The notes under the pieces were generated by a model that was given only the letters and a program-made list of their open reading frames with translations, was not told the origin of the DNA and made no database searches. From contig OZ316898.1 in the NCBI GenBank assembly GCA_973895155.1, positions 2,021,927-2,085,926 of the forward strand: a DNA stretch of 64,000 nucleotides, given 5' to 3'. Positions 11,081 to 25,348 of this stretch are shown here, piece by piece. The stretch's first letter is position 1; every line of letters begins with the position of its first letter. Source of the stretch: Marsupella aquatica. Lineage: Eukaryota > Plantae > Marchantiophyta. Both the position numbers and the translations under genes were made by a program.

Positions 11081-11859
11081 ACACATTAGACCTCTTGGTC
11101 TAGTACTGTTTCAATCTATCGATCAATGTATTAAGACATTCTTCTTAAGTTTCCATTTTCAAGTAATCATTCAGTATGCGAGCTCATAGTTTTCGATCAT
11201 TCAGGCTTTCCTCATCCTGCGCCATTGCTGCTTACCTGCTTAATTGTGACGATTTGAGGTTTAGGAAATTAGACAGGTTTGCAATTTCTTGAATGTTGTA
11301 TGCATTTCCGCGAAAATAATGCGTATGCAGCATTACCAAATCAAATGTCAACGACCGTATAGAATACACTTCAAATTGTGAAATAAACAGTCGTCCATTT
11401 TTTAGGGTACTTCCCTCACGCTCACTTTGTAGTCATTCGTCCACGATCCCTGCATGCGTTCTCCTCGCTTGGGTTGAATCTGTTAGATCTTAATGTATGC
11501 AGTATTGTGTTCTCTAACTTCAGGATCTCCTCCAATGTTTACTTAAAGGCAAACAGGTGTTTTGAACCAAGTTTGTGAGATTCATTTGCTCCTCGATCCG
11601 AATTTCCCATAGAGCGTCTCTCTCAAACAACTGCCCTCGAAGGAACTCTTATGCCAGCTTCCTCAATTTTGAAACGTACGCCCAGGCAAGTTTTAGTATC
11701 TTCAAACAAGTACATACTGTTTAGCAGATATGGGATGTTTTCTGGCTTGACTATCCATTTAGTGCTACTGGTAATTTGTAAAGCTTGAAATTTTGGCACT
11801 GCTACTCGAGGAGCCATTTTGGGTCCTTTTAAAACTCGGCATCCTTACGGGTTCGTCCC

Positions 11860-12564
11860 TTAATCGTCTCGAACGTCATCTCGTATCTCATCTAGTAAGC
11901 GTCTCTCAGTTGCTATGATGCTAATATCTTCCTCAAGCTGTCCTATTTCGAGAATGTTTGTACATGATACTTGGCTCTCCGCTTCGGCCAACTTTTCTGC
12001 CCCATCGTCTGCAACTTTGACACCAGAAACGTCATTTGCTTTTCCCGCTCCTTCTACTCGTCGAGTGTTCATAGACAGCACTTGGCTCTTTCTCAAGGCC
12101 ATGTCTCCGATCCCATCTTCTTGATTTTGAACCAGAAGCCTATTTTTCCGATTGTCTTTTTCGGCTGGCAGGCCTCTCTTGTAAATAACAGATGGTCTTT
12201 CATATATTCTCCGAGACATCCGTTTCACTCGAGCCCTGTGTTCTGTCAGCATATAGTCAAACATAGAGCGATATTGCGAAGCACCTACCCTTGCGTGAGG
12301 TTTTGGATGCACATCTGAGGGTTTCGGCACGTAAACTGTTGCCATGTAATCATACATTGACAGGTAATCAGTTCTAGCTCGCTTATCTAATCCGTTGCTC
12401 GTGAACTGAAATTTTGGGAGTTTTGGCCCCAACGTAAACTCCATTCCTGGTTCATGGACGATTATCCATGAAGTTTTGGTCTGAAGAATTTGCATTTCTT
12501 TGAGCCCTCCTAGCAGGACTTTATCATCAAGGCCAGGAAGTAGCGATGGCTCCAGAATTGCCAT
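11860..12564 (-). CDS. Hypothetical intronless protein, 234 aa
   Basis: Uninterrupted ATG ORF (atcATGGCA context) in non-repetitive DNA; no family recognised. Confidence 0.45.
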   Translation of the reverse strand: MAILEPSLLPGLDDKVLLGGLKEMQILQTKTSWIIVHEPGMEFTLGPKLPKFQFTSNGLDKRARTDYLSMYDYMATVYVPKPSDVHPKPHARVGASQYRSMFDYMLTEHRARVKRMSRRIYERPSVIYKRGLPAEKDNRKNRLLVQNQEDGIGDMALRKSQVLSMNTRRVEGAGKANDVSGVKVADDGAEKLAEAESQVSCTNILEIGQLEEDISIIATERRLLDEIRDDVRDD

Positions 12565-13633
12565 GATACTCTAGAAATCCTTGATTGAGATCAGCTTAAT
12601 GCAGATAGAAAGTGTTTTACCCAGCCTTGTCCTTCACATCTAGCTTTGCCTTTCCATCAGCCTTCATTCACCACTAATCGCCAGGACATCATCATATCCA
12701 AAAGGAGTCCTATGCGAATTAGCATCTCAATTGTTATGAGAGCTCATGAGGTCTCCTCTTACCGTGTCGGCATGAAAGCCAGGGAATGATGTAAAGTTTA
12801 CGGCCATAACTAAGGTATCTTAGAGCTTGTCCATCACACAATTGGTTTGCATTAGAATAGTTTGACGCTGATATGCAAATTTGGAATAATGCATCTTAAC
12901 GGTGAGTTAGAAGTATAATACACGGTTAAGTTTATCAATTGAAAAGGTGCACTACTTACCAAGAGTCACCACTCACATAGGTATTGCTTGGAGCTGCAAA
13001 TTATTATCATTATCTTCTCTGTGCCCATACACTGGAGGACATCCGGGCGTAAATTTGAATGCTAATAATTTGGATGAATTTTGTTTTTAATATTCTCACC
13101 TCCAGGCATACTCATGCAATCTTCGGTGTGAGAGAAACCCATTCAGCACATCACGGCTCAGGGTTCCCGAGATGATCAATATAAACATCGACACTAAATC
13201 CACATTCAACAGAACGATTCTGTGGAGCCGGAAAATTATAGGAATTCTCCCTCATTTGTTCAAAACGTATTTACAGACTCGATCGACTCTGACCAGAACG
13301 GTGAGATGAACCTCTTCATGACTTTCCACCATTCGGCATAACCAAGTGCCTGCTATGCCAACGTCGGTGGAAAGTGTTGTTTGGCTCATTGGTATTACGT
13401 CCGAGCCAATAACAATCGCGTAACTCATGTTAACAAAAGTCCGAGTCGCCACAGCCACAGGGTTATGGGTGATACATTTCTGGTCTTGTTCAAGATTATC
13501 CTTGTAGCAATGCCTTGGGAACTCCATTACGGACAACCTGGTCGGGTCTCATCGAGAACTTCAACTCACTTCGGTTCACGCTGGGACAACGCTGGATCAG
13601 GGAGTGCTCAGTTCATCCAGGAGATCAATTTGT

Positions 13634-16600
13634 TTACTTCGCTTCTAATTGGGAGATTTGAATATTCAAGTTACTGTTAAGGGAATTTTCATCGCCCGGG
13701 AACTGCAGTTGCCTTCGACCCTTAGGATTCTTTTGCGGGTCAGAGTCGACCCCATTTCGCGCATTCATGTCCAACACCCGCAATGCAGGTCTGACTCGTC
13801 TTAAATCGTCTCTCACGTTACCTTCGTTCTTGTTTACATGTTGCGGCAACTCGACTCCCACATCTCCGGAAAATGGATGTTTGACAACACCCACCTAAAA
13901 GGCAATATCCACAACAGCACCAAAACGATTTAGCTAAAATACGTGATCCCCCACAGCATTCGAGGAAGAGGTATGGAATAAACACTATTTGAGATGAATG
14001 AATGTACCTTATTTTCTAAACGAAAATCTGTGAAACTTGTGATAGAGTCGCGAACTGAAACACCCTGCGCAAACTCAATTTGTTGGAGGTCAGGACAATG
14101 TTTACAGAGGTGCTTATCAAGCTGATGGAGAGTGACCAGACGTACATCATCTTAGAGAAACCGACTTTGCTGGTCAGAGAATGAATCGCAACAGCAATAT
14201 CTACTCCTTGTAGCGCATGTAGAAATCTCATGGAAGCCGCCAACCACGAGTGACATAGGGAGAGACAATTTGATCTTCTATTTGAGCAGAGCTACTGTAG
14301 GTGGAACCACTTCAGTGAAGACAATGTTAGAAATTGGAGTAGGAGAATTCAAAAAAGACTCGAGGGCAAACTGATCTAAAACCATTGCAATGCGAGAGAC
14401 TAAAGCACAACCTGAAGTTCCATCGAAGTATCACGCCGAGTATTTTCGATATCTTTCCATTTCCGGAGTTCATCTCGCCAAGCCTGGAAGTCATGTCAAA
14501 CACAGATTTCTTATGAGACGTCACTGCTAAGAAGATTCATCCTTACGATCTAGAGAATGTGTGCAGTAGAAACCGCTTCGAGTTGACGACAGTTAGCGAT
14601 CGAAGAGAAAAACAGGGAACGCAGTGCTACTATTATTCCACACATGCCGTAGTGTTAGTGCTAAGGGTGATTTCGAAATGCAACCTAGCAGGCCCGATCT
14701 ACTCTTTCGAGAGTGCGAATTGTCAGGCAGATAGATCACCTTAGAGCGCAGAACGTGTTTTTTAGCTTTAGCTAAACAATCCTGCAAGAATTGGTTCTCC
14801 TCCATTACTTCCATCAGCTGACGCTCGCGCTGTAGATTTTCAGCGGAGCTGGGAAACTGCGCGAGTATAAGACGCATCTCTTCCTCGTAGTTCTCGCATT
14901 TGTCCTTGTAGGATTGCAGCTCCAACTGCATTTGTTGGACTGAATCATTCTGGGAGATATCACCGTAAGCCTGCATCTCAGCACTGCTATGGAAAGGTTA
15001 GGAGAAAGAAGCGACTATCAAACACAGATTCTACCCACACGGGCAAAAATCTAGTGCTTCGCGTAGTCTGGAATGGACAGCTTCAAGACGATGAATACAA
15101 CAAAAACCGTGTTGAGTATTCGTTACGCCGGGACCAGTTATAGAAAGTACAAGAGGCAAACATACTAGCTAGACACACACACAGCAAATTAACAACATAA
15201 TCCAGGGGCAGAATTGAAAGTGAGCAGAAACTGATTGACAAACTAAGCAAGCAGAGTGCTTGACACACACCAACAGTCGAGAGAAAGTGTAATCACGATA
15301 GGTAATTCAACATACCGTAAGGATTCCAGCTCGATTTTGAGTTCAACGATCTCCAGTTCGGCGTCTGCCAACTTTATTTCGAGCTCTCTGATTCGGTCAG
15401 TCTGTAGAATTTTTCGACGATTAGACACAGCAGTTGGAAAATCGAGAGAAACAGTACACGGATCATTGCCGAAATTTCGAAAGACGGGGCGGAAAAGTTT
15501 ACCTTAAAAAGAAGTTGTGCTACAAAGCTTTGATAGTCGTGGTAAACCGTCTCTTCGACCCCATGTCCATGGTTATTTGCGAGAACCGCATTGTCCTGCC
15601 GAAATGAGAAGTCGGCCGGCTTGGATTCCTCATGGACAGAGGATCGGCTGGACATGTTCACTTGCAGTCCACTTGCTCCAAGGCTCCTTGAACACAAACT
15701 TCCAGCTAAGAGGTCTTCCGCAGTCGGCTCCACTGAAATAGTAGCCGCTTGCAGCGCTTCTGGAGGATAACTAGAATTGTCTTCTTCCGCACAACAGAGA
15801 ATTGATTCTTCTGAAGAAGAAATTCTTTCTTGCGCCGAACAGAGAATTAATGGCTGGCTCGTTTCTGCAGAAAAGAAGTTGCCGCCTGAAGGTGCACAAA
15901 GAGAATATGTAGTCGTTGCGGCACGTCCATTTTGAAGCCCATTTGTATCGACGATTTCCTTATTGCACAAAATGTTTGCCACATCGCCAGAGTCCTGGCC
16001 GGATGACGTCAAAATAGGAGGCAGCGGTTCCCCCTGCGGCAAAAAACTGTGTTAAAGCTTGCAACGAGTGAAACGAAGAGACACACCACCAGTCCTCCCC
16101 TCGTACAAGAGAAGCCTCAGCAGTCCTATCGACTAGCCCATAGATTGCTTGAAATTTCAATCATCTTCACTCTGAAACTCAATTTCCTCCAGGGGCGGGA
16201 ACTGACTACGCCTCAGGGCTAAGAACGCATTATCCAGGCGTGCCAGCGGCGACTCAATTTCATGACTTGGTGTTCTTTATTAAGACGCACCATGCTATAT
16301 TGCAAAACTCCCCCCCGCACTTCCTCTACACCTTCCACCTTCAAGACTCTGCAAGGGAAGGACACGATAACATTCAGTAACAGAGCGAGCTACAGCAGCT
16401 CAGCAGAATGTGGAACGCACCAATCTAAAGGTCCCTATCGACATCACGATGTATCGTGAAGTCCAATTATGCCATTATACATCGTAAATGAATGTACATC
16501 GGCAACGGTACAGGATATCTTCGTACTGGGATGAACGAGGGTGATCCTGATATGACGTGATCACGAATCATGGATAATCCACATTCAGTGATATGGTTGC

Positions 16601-19600
16601 ACAGGACAACTCTACAGCTGACAGGCCCCCGAGAAACACTAGAAATACGAAAGCCTCAACGAAAATAAACTGAAGGTAGTCAAGGAGATGAATGAGCGCC
16701 AAGAACCACAACTTCCAATCTAGGCATCAGACGTTTGAAAGGAAAGCATAGTAACCCGGAAAGTTAGGGGATGAAACCTGTCAATAATGAAGTCTGAAGG
16801 ATCGTCTCCTATGCTGTCGATAATTTGCACCTGGAGAAAAATAACGTGGGTTCATATCCGGCAGGTGATGCGCCGTAGTAGAAGTACAACAGCGTGATAG
16901 GGCCCCTATGGAAGGAACCTTAGAAGTATACACACAAACGCCATTACAAAGAAGGCTAAAAAACCTCAGCAACATACCACAGTGGTGTCTCTATCTTCAT
17001 AAGCTGGCTGTTGAGCTGTCCGGGGTGTCGTCTGTCCCTGTTAATACAACAATTTCGTCAGAACCCGCTCGTGGGCCCTGGGTCAAGAGTAAGAGCGTAT
17101 TCAGAAGAAACGGCTCTGTTGGTGACATTGCTTATATGATGATGGTTCGTTGAGAAAAGCACTACTCCGATGACGAAAATAAGTGACGGTTTTCAATCTC
17201 CCATAGCACAGTGGATCCATCCTCTGATTAGACATGACCAGCCCATTGTAGACTCGTTTCGAAATATCAAGCAACAACAGGTAAACGCAAAGCTCAGTTC
17301 TTCACACTCGGAAGAGGCTGAGGAAGAGGGGTTTCAAATCAGGAACCAGGCTCGGGTATGTGAAAACAGTTTCCATCCTTGAGATCGAGAAACCCTGGTT
17401 TCTTTATTGCCTTCAAAGAACATTCCAATTGCGTTCAGAGCTTAGTTATGACAGGAATGATCATATCGAGGCTTGTCCATAAATTTCCAAACAGAAATTC
17501 TATCCAACATTTCAAGCCCTGCCGTGACACTTATTCACTAGAGCATAGGCCCTTCTCAGCTGGTTTCCTTTCCCTATGATCGCACCAACAATTTCATCCG
17601 CTATCTGCTGGACAGGCAGGATGGCTTGCGAAGGTTAAAGTGAAATATCGATCATGATTTCTACATATTAACCAAGCAGTGGTCTCCTCTGCACCAGTTC
17701 TCTCTCAAAGTCCTTAATCCCGAGACAAATTGTTGAAACGACATCATTATGAACGGCCATTTTCCCCATGATCTTCTGTAGGTTCTTGGCAAGCCTCCGT
17801 TGCTCTAGCTTGGAAGTTGTCAAGGACTCATCCCTTCCATTAAGTTCGTCTATCAGAACTTGCATGAGTCTGTCCTTCTCAATGCGTGAAATTGCATATT
17901 GTCGGTCTAAGGTTGCAATGTGCTCATTCGACATCTTCAACGTTTCGATCAGACTAGCATAATCATCCGTTGTTGGATCTTGTATCCGGTTGCACAAAGA
18001 TACCTGCTTTAAAGTCATTTCTAAAGGAACTTCAGTTCCCCGGTCAAATGGTCGAGGTGTTGCGTTCGTGTCAACGGAGGATTCTGTCTCCAGGTTATCC
18101 ACCTCACAAGAGTCACCTACTATCTCCTGCTCAAAATACAATCTTCCACTTAGACTTCATACGATAGCCCACACCTGTCAAGATTGCTCATTCCCAGGCC
18201 CCGATATTATGATCGGATCTCCTCCCCTGATTTCTAAAACCCACTAATGGAGGTCGTCCAGCTGTACTAAGGAAGGCGACCAATACCGGAGCCCCTTCCA
18301 CCCAAACCTGACACAACAATGCATCAGAAAGCCAACACAAATTCAGTACTAAAAGCCAGCAACGCCGAGTGGAACTGCTTACCTGTTGGACTGTTCCTGA
18401 CAAAGCGTCAAGCTGCTCGGTCTCCTTAGCTACACGCTGCGTGTTGTTTGTGAAGCCTTTCAGCTTGCTTAATTGCAGACGAAGATCTTTCATGAGGTCG
18501 GCGTCTGGACAAGTTGCTTGCAGAAGACCAATCGCCAAATTTGAAATTCGAAGCAGAAGAACCTGAAGCGATTCCAAAATAATACCGACATGTCCTCCTT
18601 CTCTCACGTGACAGCTTAAGCATTCAACATCGTGTCCCACAATAGCCTCTACTTCTTCCCACAGCCAAGTCGCAAGCAGCTTAGCACTCGCCAGCCTTGT
18701 CTTCAGTTTCCCGCTTCCTTGGCCTTCCTTTCCTTCACTGTGCCTCACGGTTGCACTATCCCTCGGATCCATATGAGGCTCAAAGAGCCCCAGTATTATG
18801 CTACATAGTTTCCTCATTTCCCGAGGAATCTCATCCTTTCCGATGATAACTCTTTCCTGATTCCCACAGATATCACAGTTTGTCCCGAAAGTCCCAAACG
18901 AGCACCCGACGTGGCGACATGACGGAAACCCACTTGAAACACCTGTGAGATCAACATAATCCCCACATTTTTTATCCTGGCAAGTTCCAAGCTCACCTTG
19001 TGTGTCAGTATGTAAAGCTAGCGCTCTTAAAGCATGTGCTTTTAATCCATTGGGGACATAAGCCTCTGAATCGTATACAAGATCTAAGGGATGCAGTTGA
19101 CTAGATTCTGTTTCGGCTCCACGGTTACTATCACCCTGCTCAGGTGAGATCATCGTCCGAGACGTTTCAATCACTCTATTCTCCTCACAAGGATCCACAG
19201 CTTCCACGTTGCCTTCAGGAGATGATGTTCTTGGAGTTGACAGGATGGACGACATACAACCCACGCAGTAAGTGCCTTCTCTTGGGAGCGGTAACGTCTT
19301 CATCATTCCCGGAGCATGATTAACATCTGCACTATCAATAATATGCCTCACATTAGGCTTGTCAACGTCATCTCTTGAAGTGGAAAGGTTTGTACTCATT
19401 TCCCGGGTTCCCATGGACATGTTAGGCAAGAAACCGTGTATTGAAGATAATCGTCCCTGTAGAATATTTTGAGCCTCTTCGCATATTTTTCTGCACTGTT
19501 CAACAGAATTCTCCACCGATAGCCTTTTATCTGTCACTTCAGGCCGTAAATTCAGTGAACTTGTGTACTTGCCCATTGTCGATGATACAGTCATGTGGTC

Positions 19601-22600
19601 CTGCAAAGCAGTACAAAATGGCATTGTAACACTGTCACCCACTTTCCAAGGACAGTTTTAGCCCAAAGAATTCAGGATCGCAAGCATACACAGTATGGAT
19701 CCAGAGGTTGACAGTGGCTTTAAACTCATCCGGTATAAGAATCAAATAGCAGTTATACCTGGACAGAAACCAAAATCTCGGATTGGACATGAAGCGATTC
19801 AGTCAAAATGCCTTGCATTGAACCCGTCTGCGCCATGGCGGCATTCATTTCTGATTCCAAATCCTCAAGAACGTATTGAAGCTCCCTGTGCATCTCCAGT
19901 TGTGCGAGAAGCTCATTCTACACATGAACAAGAGACGAATGTAATGGTGAATTCTGTTTTAATCTTAGAATATTGTTGCCATCCGTGTCAAGCTTAACTG
20001 ACAATTATGCAAGCAGGATACTTCTCACACATGTCTTTGCAAATATTAATTGCACTTTCTTTCGCGAAAGAATGCAACGCCGCACAATATTTCGGATACA
20101 CGAACTACGGTCCAAAACCGATGATGAGTTACCCTACCTTTAGATTCAGATTCTCTATCTGAACCTTGCCTAAATATCGCTTGATCTTGTTCAATTCTTC
20201 ATTTAGTTCTCTTGTGGCCTCCTCAATCTGTGAACAGTGTCAACGGAGGATGATTCAAAATCCGGAACTTTAAGTCGAAATCAAACCAATGACGGTCTTC
20301 CAATTTTCGAACGAACCCAGGGATTGTCATCAGGACTCTGTAAAGAGTTAGAGTAATGATACCTTAACTTCACGTGAGCTTTCCAAGTCTCTGTACCGCG
20401 CTTGTAAATCAGTTAACTGACTCTCAAGCTGTGAAATGACCACACCAAAACGTAAGTATTGAATGAGCTATCTCTCCCACCTGCAGATTTCCGATACTTC
20501 AGCAACCAGTGGGAGAGACCGCTACGGATACTGACATACCTTCAGACAAAAGTAGACTCACTAATGACGGACTTCGAAGCAACAAACAAACAGGAACTTA
20601 CGAGAACGACTTTCTGTGCTGCTGCACCCTCAGTAGACAATCCAGCTCGTTCAGAAAAACCTGGAGGAAACAACGTGCTACTAGTTGTATGTCCCCTGTT
20701 AAGACTCATCCAAGTGTCTTCGTCGGCAATGTTTTCGAAGTCCGATGGCGGTTCAGGTTCTTCCACATCATTTGAACCAGGCCAGAATGGATCAGTTTCT
20801 TCATCGATTTCAAAGGCTGGCGGAAGAGTATGGTTACGCTCCCTTCTCATCGAATAGAGGATGTTGTCTATGGTTTCATCGTCTTCAGTTTCGTCGAGTG
20901 ATTTCTTGGAATCCTGGACATAGCAATTACGGTAAACCTTAATGATTACACTCAGAGTTCCTAACCATAATTCGATGCGAGATCAGAAATTTCACCTGAA
21001 TAATGTATCGAAACAAAGAAAACAAAATGAACTTAGAAAACCCTTGACCCAACGACATAATCCAGAATGTTGCTGAGAGCCCAAGAGCCAATCGAAACGG
21101 TTCATTCAAACTTACCTTCACAGCCAGCTCTGAGTTGTACGGCCTTGGACACCAAGTCTCACGTCGATTGACCTATGGACATCAAATGTTGTCAGATTCT
21201 AAAATCAATCTGGCAATCTCGACAGACACTCTTCACATGGAATCACACAGGCAATATTGTCCTTAAATGTGGCACATAACCCCCTCAATCTAACCACATA
21301 TTTACCCTTTTATGGAATTTATCACCATCTCGATCGTCCAAATTTGAGCTTCTGAACAAGGTACTCAGGTTTTCGATCTTTTGCTCTTGCTCCTTGATTC
21401 GACGCTCGCGATCTATTTGTGACTTTTTCTCCTCTTGGAGTTCCAAGTACAACCTCTCCTTCTCCAGTTCAAACTACCACAACAATTACAGAGAAAGTCA
21501 GAAATGTAACTAAAAATCACAGAACAGAAAACAGTTCTAAACATACGAAAAGAGATCATGTCAACCTTGAGGAGCTCATTCCGTAGGGTCAGAATCTCTT
21601 TCTCGAAATGTGCTGATTGCGGCATTCCCTGCAGGATGACGAAAAATGGACAATCAGCAGTCCGGCAACCTATCCATCAACCCATGACCCTAAATCAGAG
21701 AAGTCGTGTGAGTGCAGGACAGAAGTTGGGCAACTGAATTTATACATTCGCGAAGTAGCAAAAATGTAATAAAATAAAATCACCGGTTGAAACTTGGGAC
21801 ATAATTTCTCCTCATCTCTGGGACGAGTTGTCTGGAAAAACGGATACTTTGAAGAGAAGCCCTTACCCCCACAGATGTTATGTCCCTAGTCCATCTTACC
21901 TCAGGTGCAGAGGAAAAAGTAATACCATGAGAAAAGGTAAGCACCAACCTGCAGTTTCATCCGAAGGTCTTCGATTTCCTTCGTTTGCCGTTTCAAAAGT
22001 GCGGCATCGGTGACAATCTGTGGGGTGATATTCGGAAATCAATACCATAGGAAGAACGTATTTCGGAAAAACGTATCAAATGACAGAGGCCCTTCGATCA
22101 TGGTTGATTGACAGTTACAATGACCAAGCCCACGAGATGGTCTTCTGCGGCATCTGGCGGAAACTGTGTTGCAGGGCTCTTGTAGAGAAAATTTAATCAA
22201 AAACTACACACAGAATTCTTAGTCTCCGGAAGCTAGCAACTGTGTTTGCTGACTTCTCATGCCAAAGAGCAAACTCTAAAAACTGGTCGAGAGATCCTCA
22301 AACCGAATCCACTAAGGTATTTGAATTTGCACTGCTGCAAGTCTATCCTGTGGCATATTATCGTAGATTTAAGTCGTACCTCGTTAACTTGCGCACAAGT
22401 GCTAACTCTCTTTGCCCTGCTTGCAAACTGCAAAGTGCCTCGCGTTTCATCAATATGTATCTGCAAGATATAGAACCCCCACAGCATAGTCCTGGAGCGC
22501 TTCAATAATGGATTTCATGCCTAACTTGTTAGGCCAGGTATGTCATGTGCTATTCATGGGGCGGGGCTTCGATATGTTCAAGAGTTTAGAAGAAATCTCT

Positions 22601-25348
22601 GACATTTTTTCAATGACATCAACTACCAAACTTTACACGCGGGCCTGTCCACAAAGAGACACGAGTGAAAATCATGCTTTCAGCCCGTAGGACTGACCTC
22701 ATCAGGTGTAATAGTGCATATCATTGCTGTTTTGGCGTTGCCCCCCAGAGCTGGTTGAAGTATCCGAGTCAGTTTGCTGTCACGATATGGTATGTGACCA
22801 CTGCAAACCAAAAGCTAACGTTATGGATAGGTAGAAGGATCCGGTCTTCCACGCTGTGAGGCGGTAGGTGAAGACATCCTTCCTATGAAATGTACAGAAA
22901 CCGACTTCCCAAACACATTATATCCTTCAAAGCTTACCCTTGCTTCCCAGTACCGTCACTCAGCTTGTTGATAACAGTTCCAAGAGTCAACAAACTTTTG
23001 TTGATGTGCGTCCCTTCTTTCAAACGGACTCCTCCAGCTCCTGTCTTCATAATCCTTTCTGATCCAGCTAGATCTACCATATTCTGCACGACCGACACAT
23101 GAAATTCGAGGTAAGAATTGATCTGCGCAGTCATCTAGCAAAGTGCTTCTGCATTCAGATTCGGTTTGCATAACAGTTTTGTGACCAAGTAGGAGGATAA
23201 AATTAGTTACATAAACGTCACTCACCAGGCATGACACTCGCACGGCATCACAGGACACGTCGGCCTCACAACCATCTTGGCTCGCGTCTCTGCTCTCAAT
23301 AACCTACCATGAAGACGATTTTGTACATGACGCCGTCAGTTACTGAAGACCTTGGAGAACAGCGTTCCTTCTACAGTACATGTCGAATTATTCAGCTCCA
23401 GAATATCAAGATACACACAATAGAATTTCCTAAATTTGCTGGCTGTAATAAAAGAATTCCGGGAATTGACACTCTTACCATTCTAAAAATCGTATGAGAT
23501 CTGCTACTATACAAATTCATGTTTGTCTCCCCGAAATGTCGATGGTCTAATCCACACAACGAATAGAAAATCAGAATTCAGCAGATTGGCATCCAAGGAT
23601 TCTTAAGCGAGGAAGAAGGCGTGGAGACACCTAAGGTGATTGTACAATTCGAAAGCATTGCTCGCGGTAATTCAAATTCTTGGACAATTCAAGTTCTTGG
23701 ACGGACGGGAGACATTGCCACTTACGTTCTCCGTACTCCAGAAGATTGAACACCTGCTCCGGGCTATCGACAATTTCCTCCCTCAATCCAGCGACGAATA
23801 TGCCTTTCTGAAAACAGTACGCATGCATTAATTTCACCGACGGGTAATAAAGGGCTCTTGACTGCTGACAGATTGAAAGCACAACAATCATGTCAGGGAA
23901 CCGAGGTTCCGCAGCATCTATGCTAGTGACTTCACGCTTCTCGGATTCACTTGTTAGGACAATCAATACCTCAAGATTTTCATGGATCCGGAGCCGCCGA
24001 TTCTCGGGAGCAAAAAGGTCATTGATTTCCTCGTTGTAAATCTCCATGTACGAGACTCGAATAAGAAACTCCCTGTTGCTCGTCTGTACAGGAAATAAAC
24101 GTCCTCAGGTGAAGTTTGCCCATGACTTTCAAAGTTCTAAGTCATAATTCACATTCTTCTTAGTAAGCGAGACAAAAGCCAACAATGACAGAGGAGAAGC
24201 TATCCATCCACAATACCCTGTTCGGCGAAGGACTTATCACAATTACACGAGAAAATGGTTCCACATGCGGGCGCAAAGTGCAAGAGAGATGAAGGCTCGA
24301 GACATGCATAAAGATGCGTAAGGGATTGACTGACCATCTGTCGAATATGATCAAAGACATCGTGAACGGCCAAGCGAATGACCCCCGGGTCGGTTGGTGT
24401 TCCTTTCATTGTATATGTCTTGCCACTACTTGTTTGGCCATAGGCAAAAACAGTGCCTGATAGCGTGAAACGAAAAACGAAGTCAGCTGTCCTTGTCTTG
24501 TGAAGGGAAACCACAAAACGAGAATGTTCTATCACAGGTTAAGTCCATCAAAGTCGGGCAGTCCATCGGTTCTTCTCTCTCTCTCGGACAAAGGAACGTC
24601 CAGAATTCGATCACGTAAAGTTGACAGGAGAATGAATGTCGACATATCTTTCAATAAACCGCCAATTTCTAGAAAAACGGGCAACAGTCAATCTTCCCTG
24701 CGCCCCGGGCGGATATTACAGACGTCCACTCTGAAACATTCAATCTTTGCTGTGCCCCAGGCGGCTATTACAGATCTCCGCTATGAAAGCAAGAAAGCTT
24801 ACCGTTGAAGCCATCCAGCGATGACATAATAACACCCTTAGCAAGACCGCCATATATGTCACCGTTCTTAGCATCAGTCCCAAAAACATGATCTGCAACG
24901 AAAGTTACAAGTTAAGAGAACATCTTCAAATTCATCGCTGAACGCGAACACTCGTCTCGAACGCCGCAAGATACCCGAGCTAGCCTGAAGCTTTGATCCG
25001 CTTAGCTTGACTAATTGTGACAGAAATGGAGAGTTTCATTTGTCGAAACCTTTTGCTGCTACAGAGTGAATTCCTACAGAATAACTTACAACCGGGCAAC
25101 ATGGACCAATACTATTATCCGCGGAGGTGCATTGCTAGCTACAGCACAAAATCATTGATACAGGGGATCACCGAAGCAAGTACAAACGCACCGAAGGAAT
25201 AATTTTGTCCATTGACCGGAGTACCAAGCGTGCTGTACAGCGAAACATTGTGACGTCCGATATTCCACTTGTGGCCTTTCACGAACGGAACCGGAGAACC
25301 ACCCTTAGACGGGGGCTTCACGCGGATAGCTACACTGATTTTCTCCAT
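13634..25348 (-). CDS. Kinesin-7 / CENP-E-like motor protein (KIN-7N/7O type), about 30 exons
   Basis: Start [13 protein letters not shown] (25348); [15 protein letters not shown]-loop; [12 protein letters not shown]; SSRSH; DLAGSER; [14 protein letters not shown]; RRETWC; long coiled-coil/low-complexity exons; probable last exon 13634-13894. Tail exon boundaries are less certain. Confidence 0.93.
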
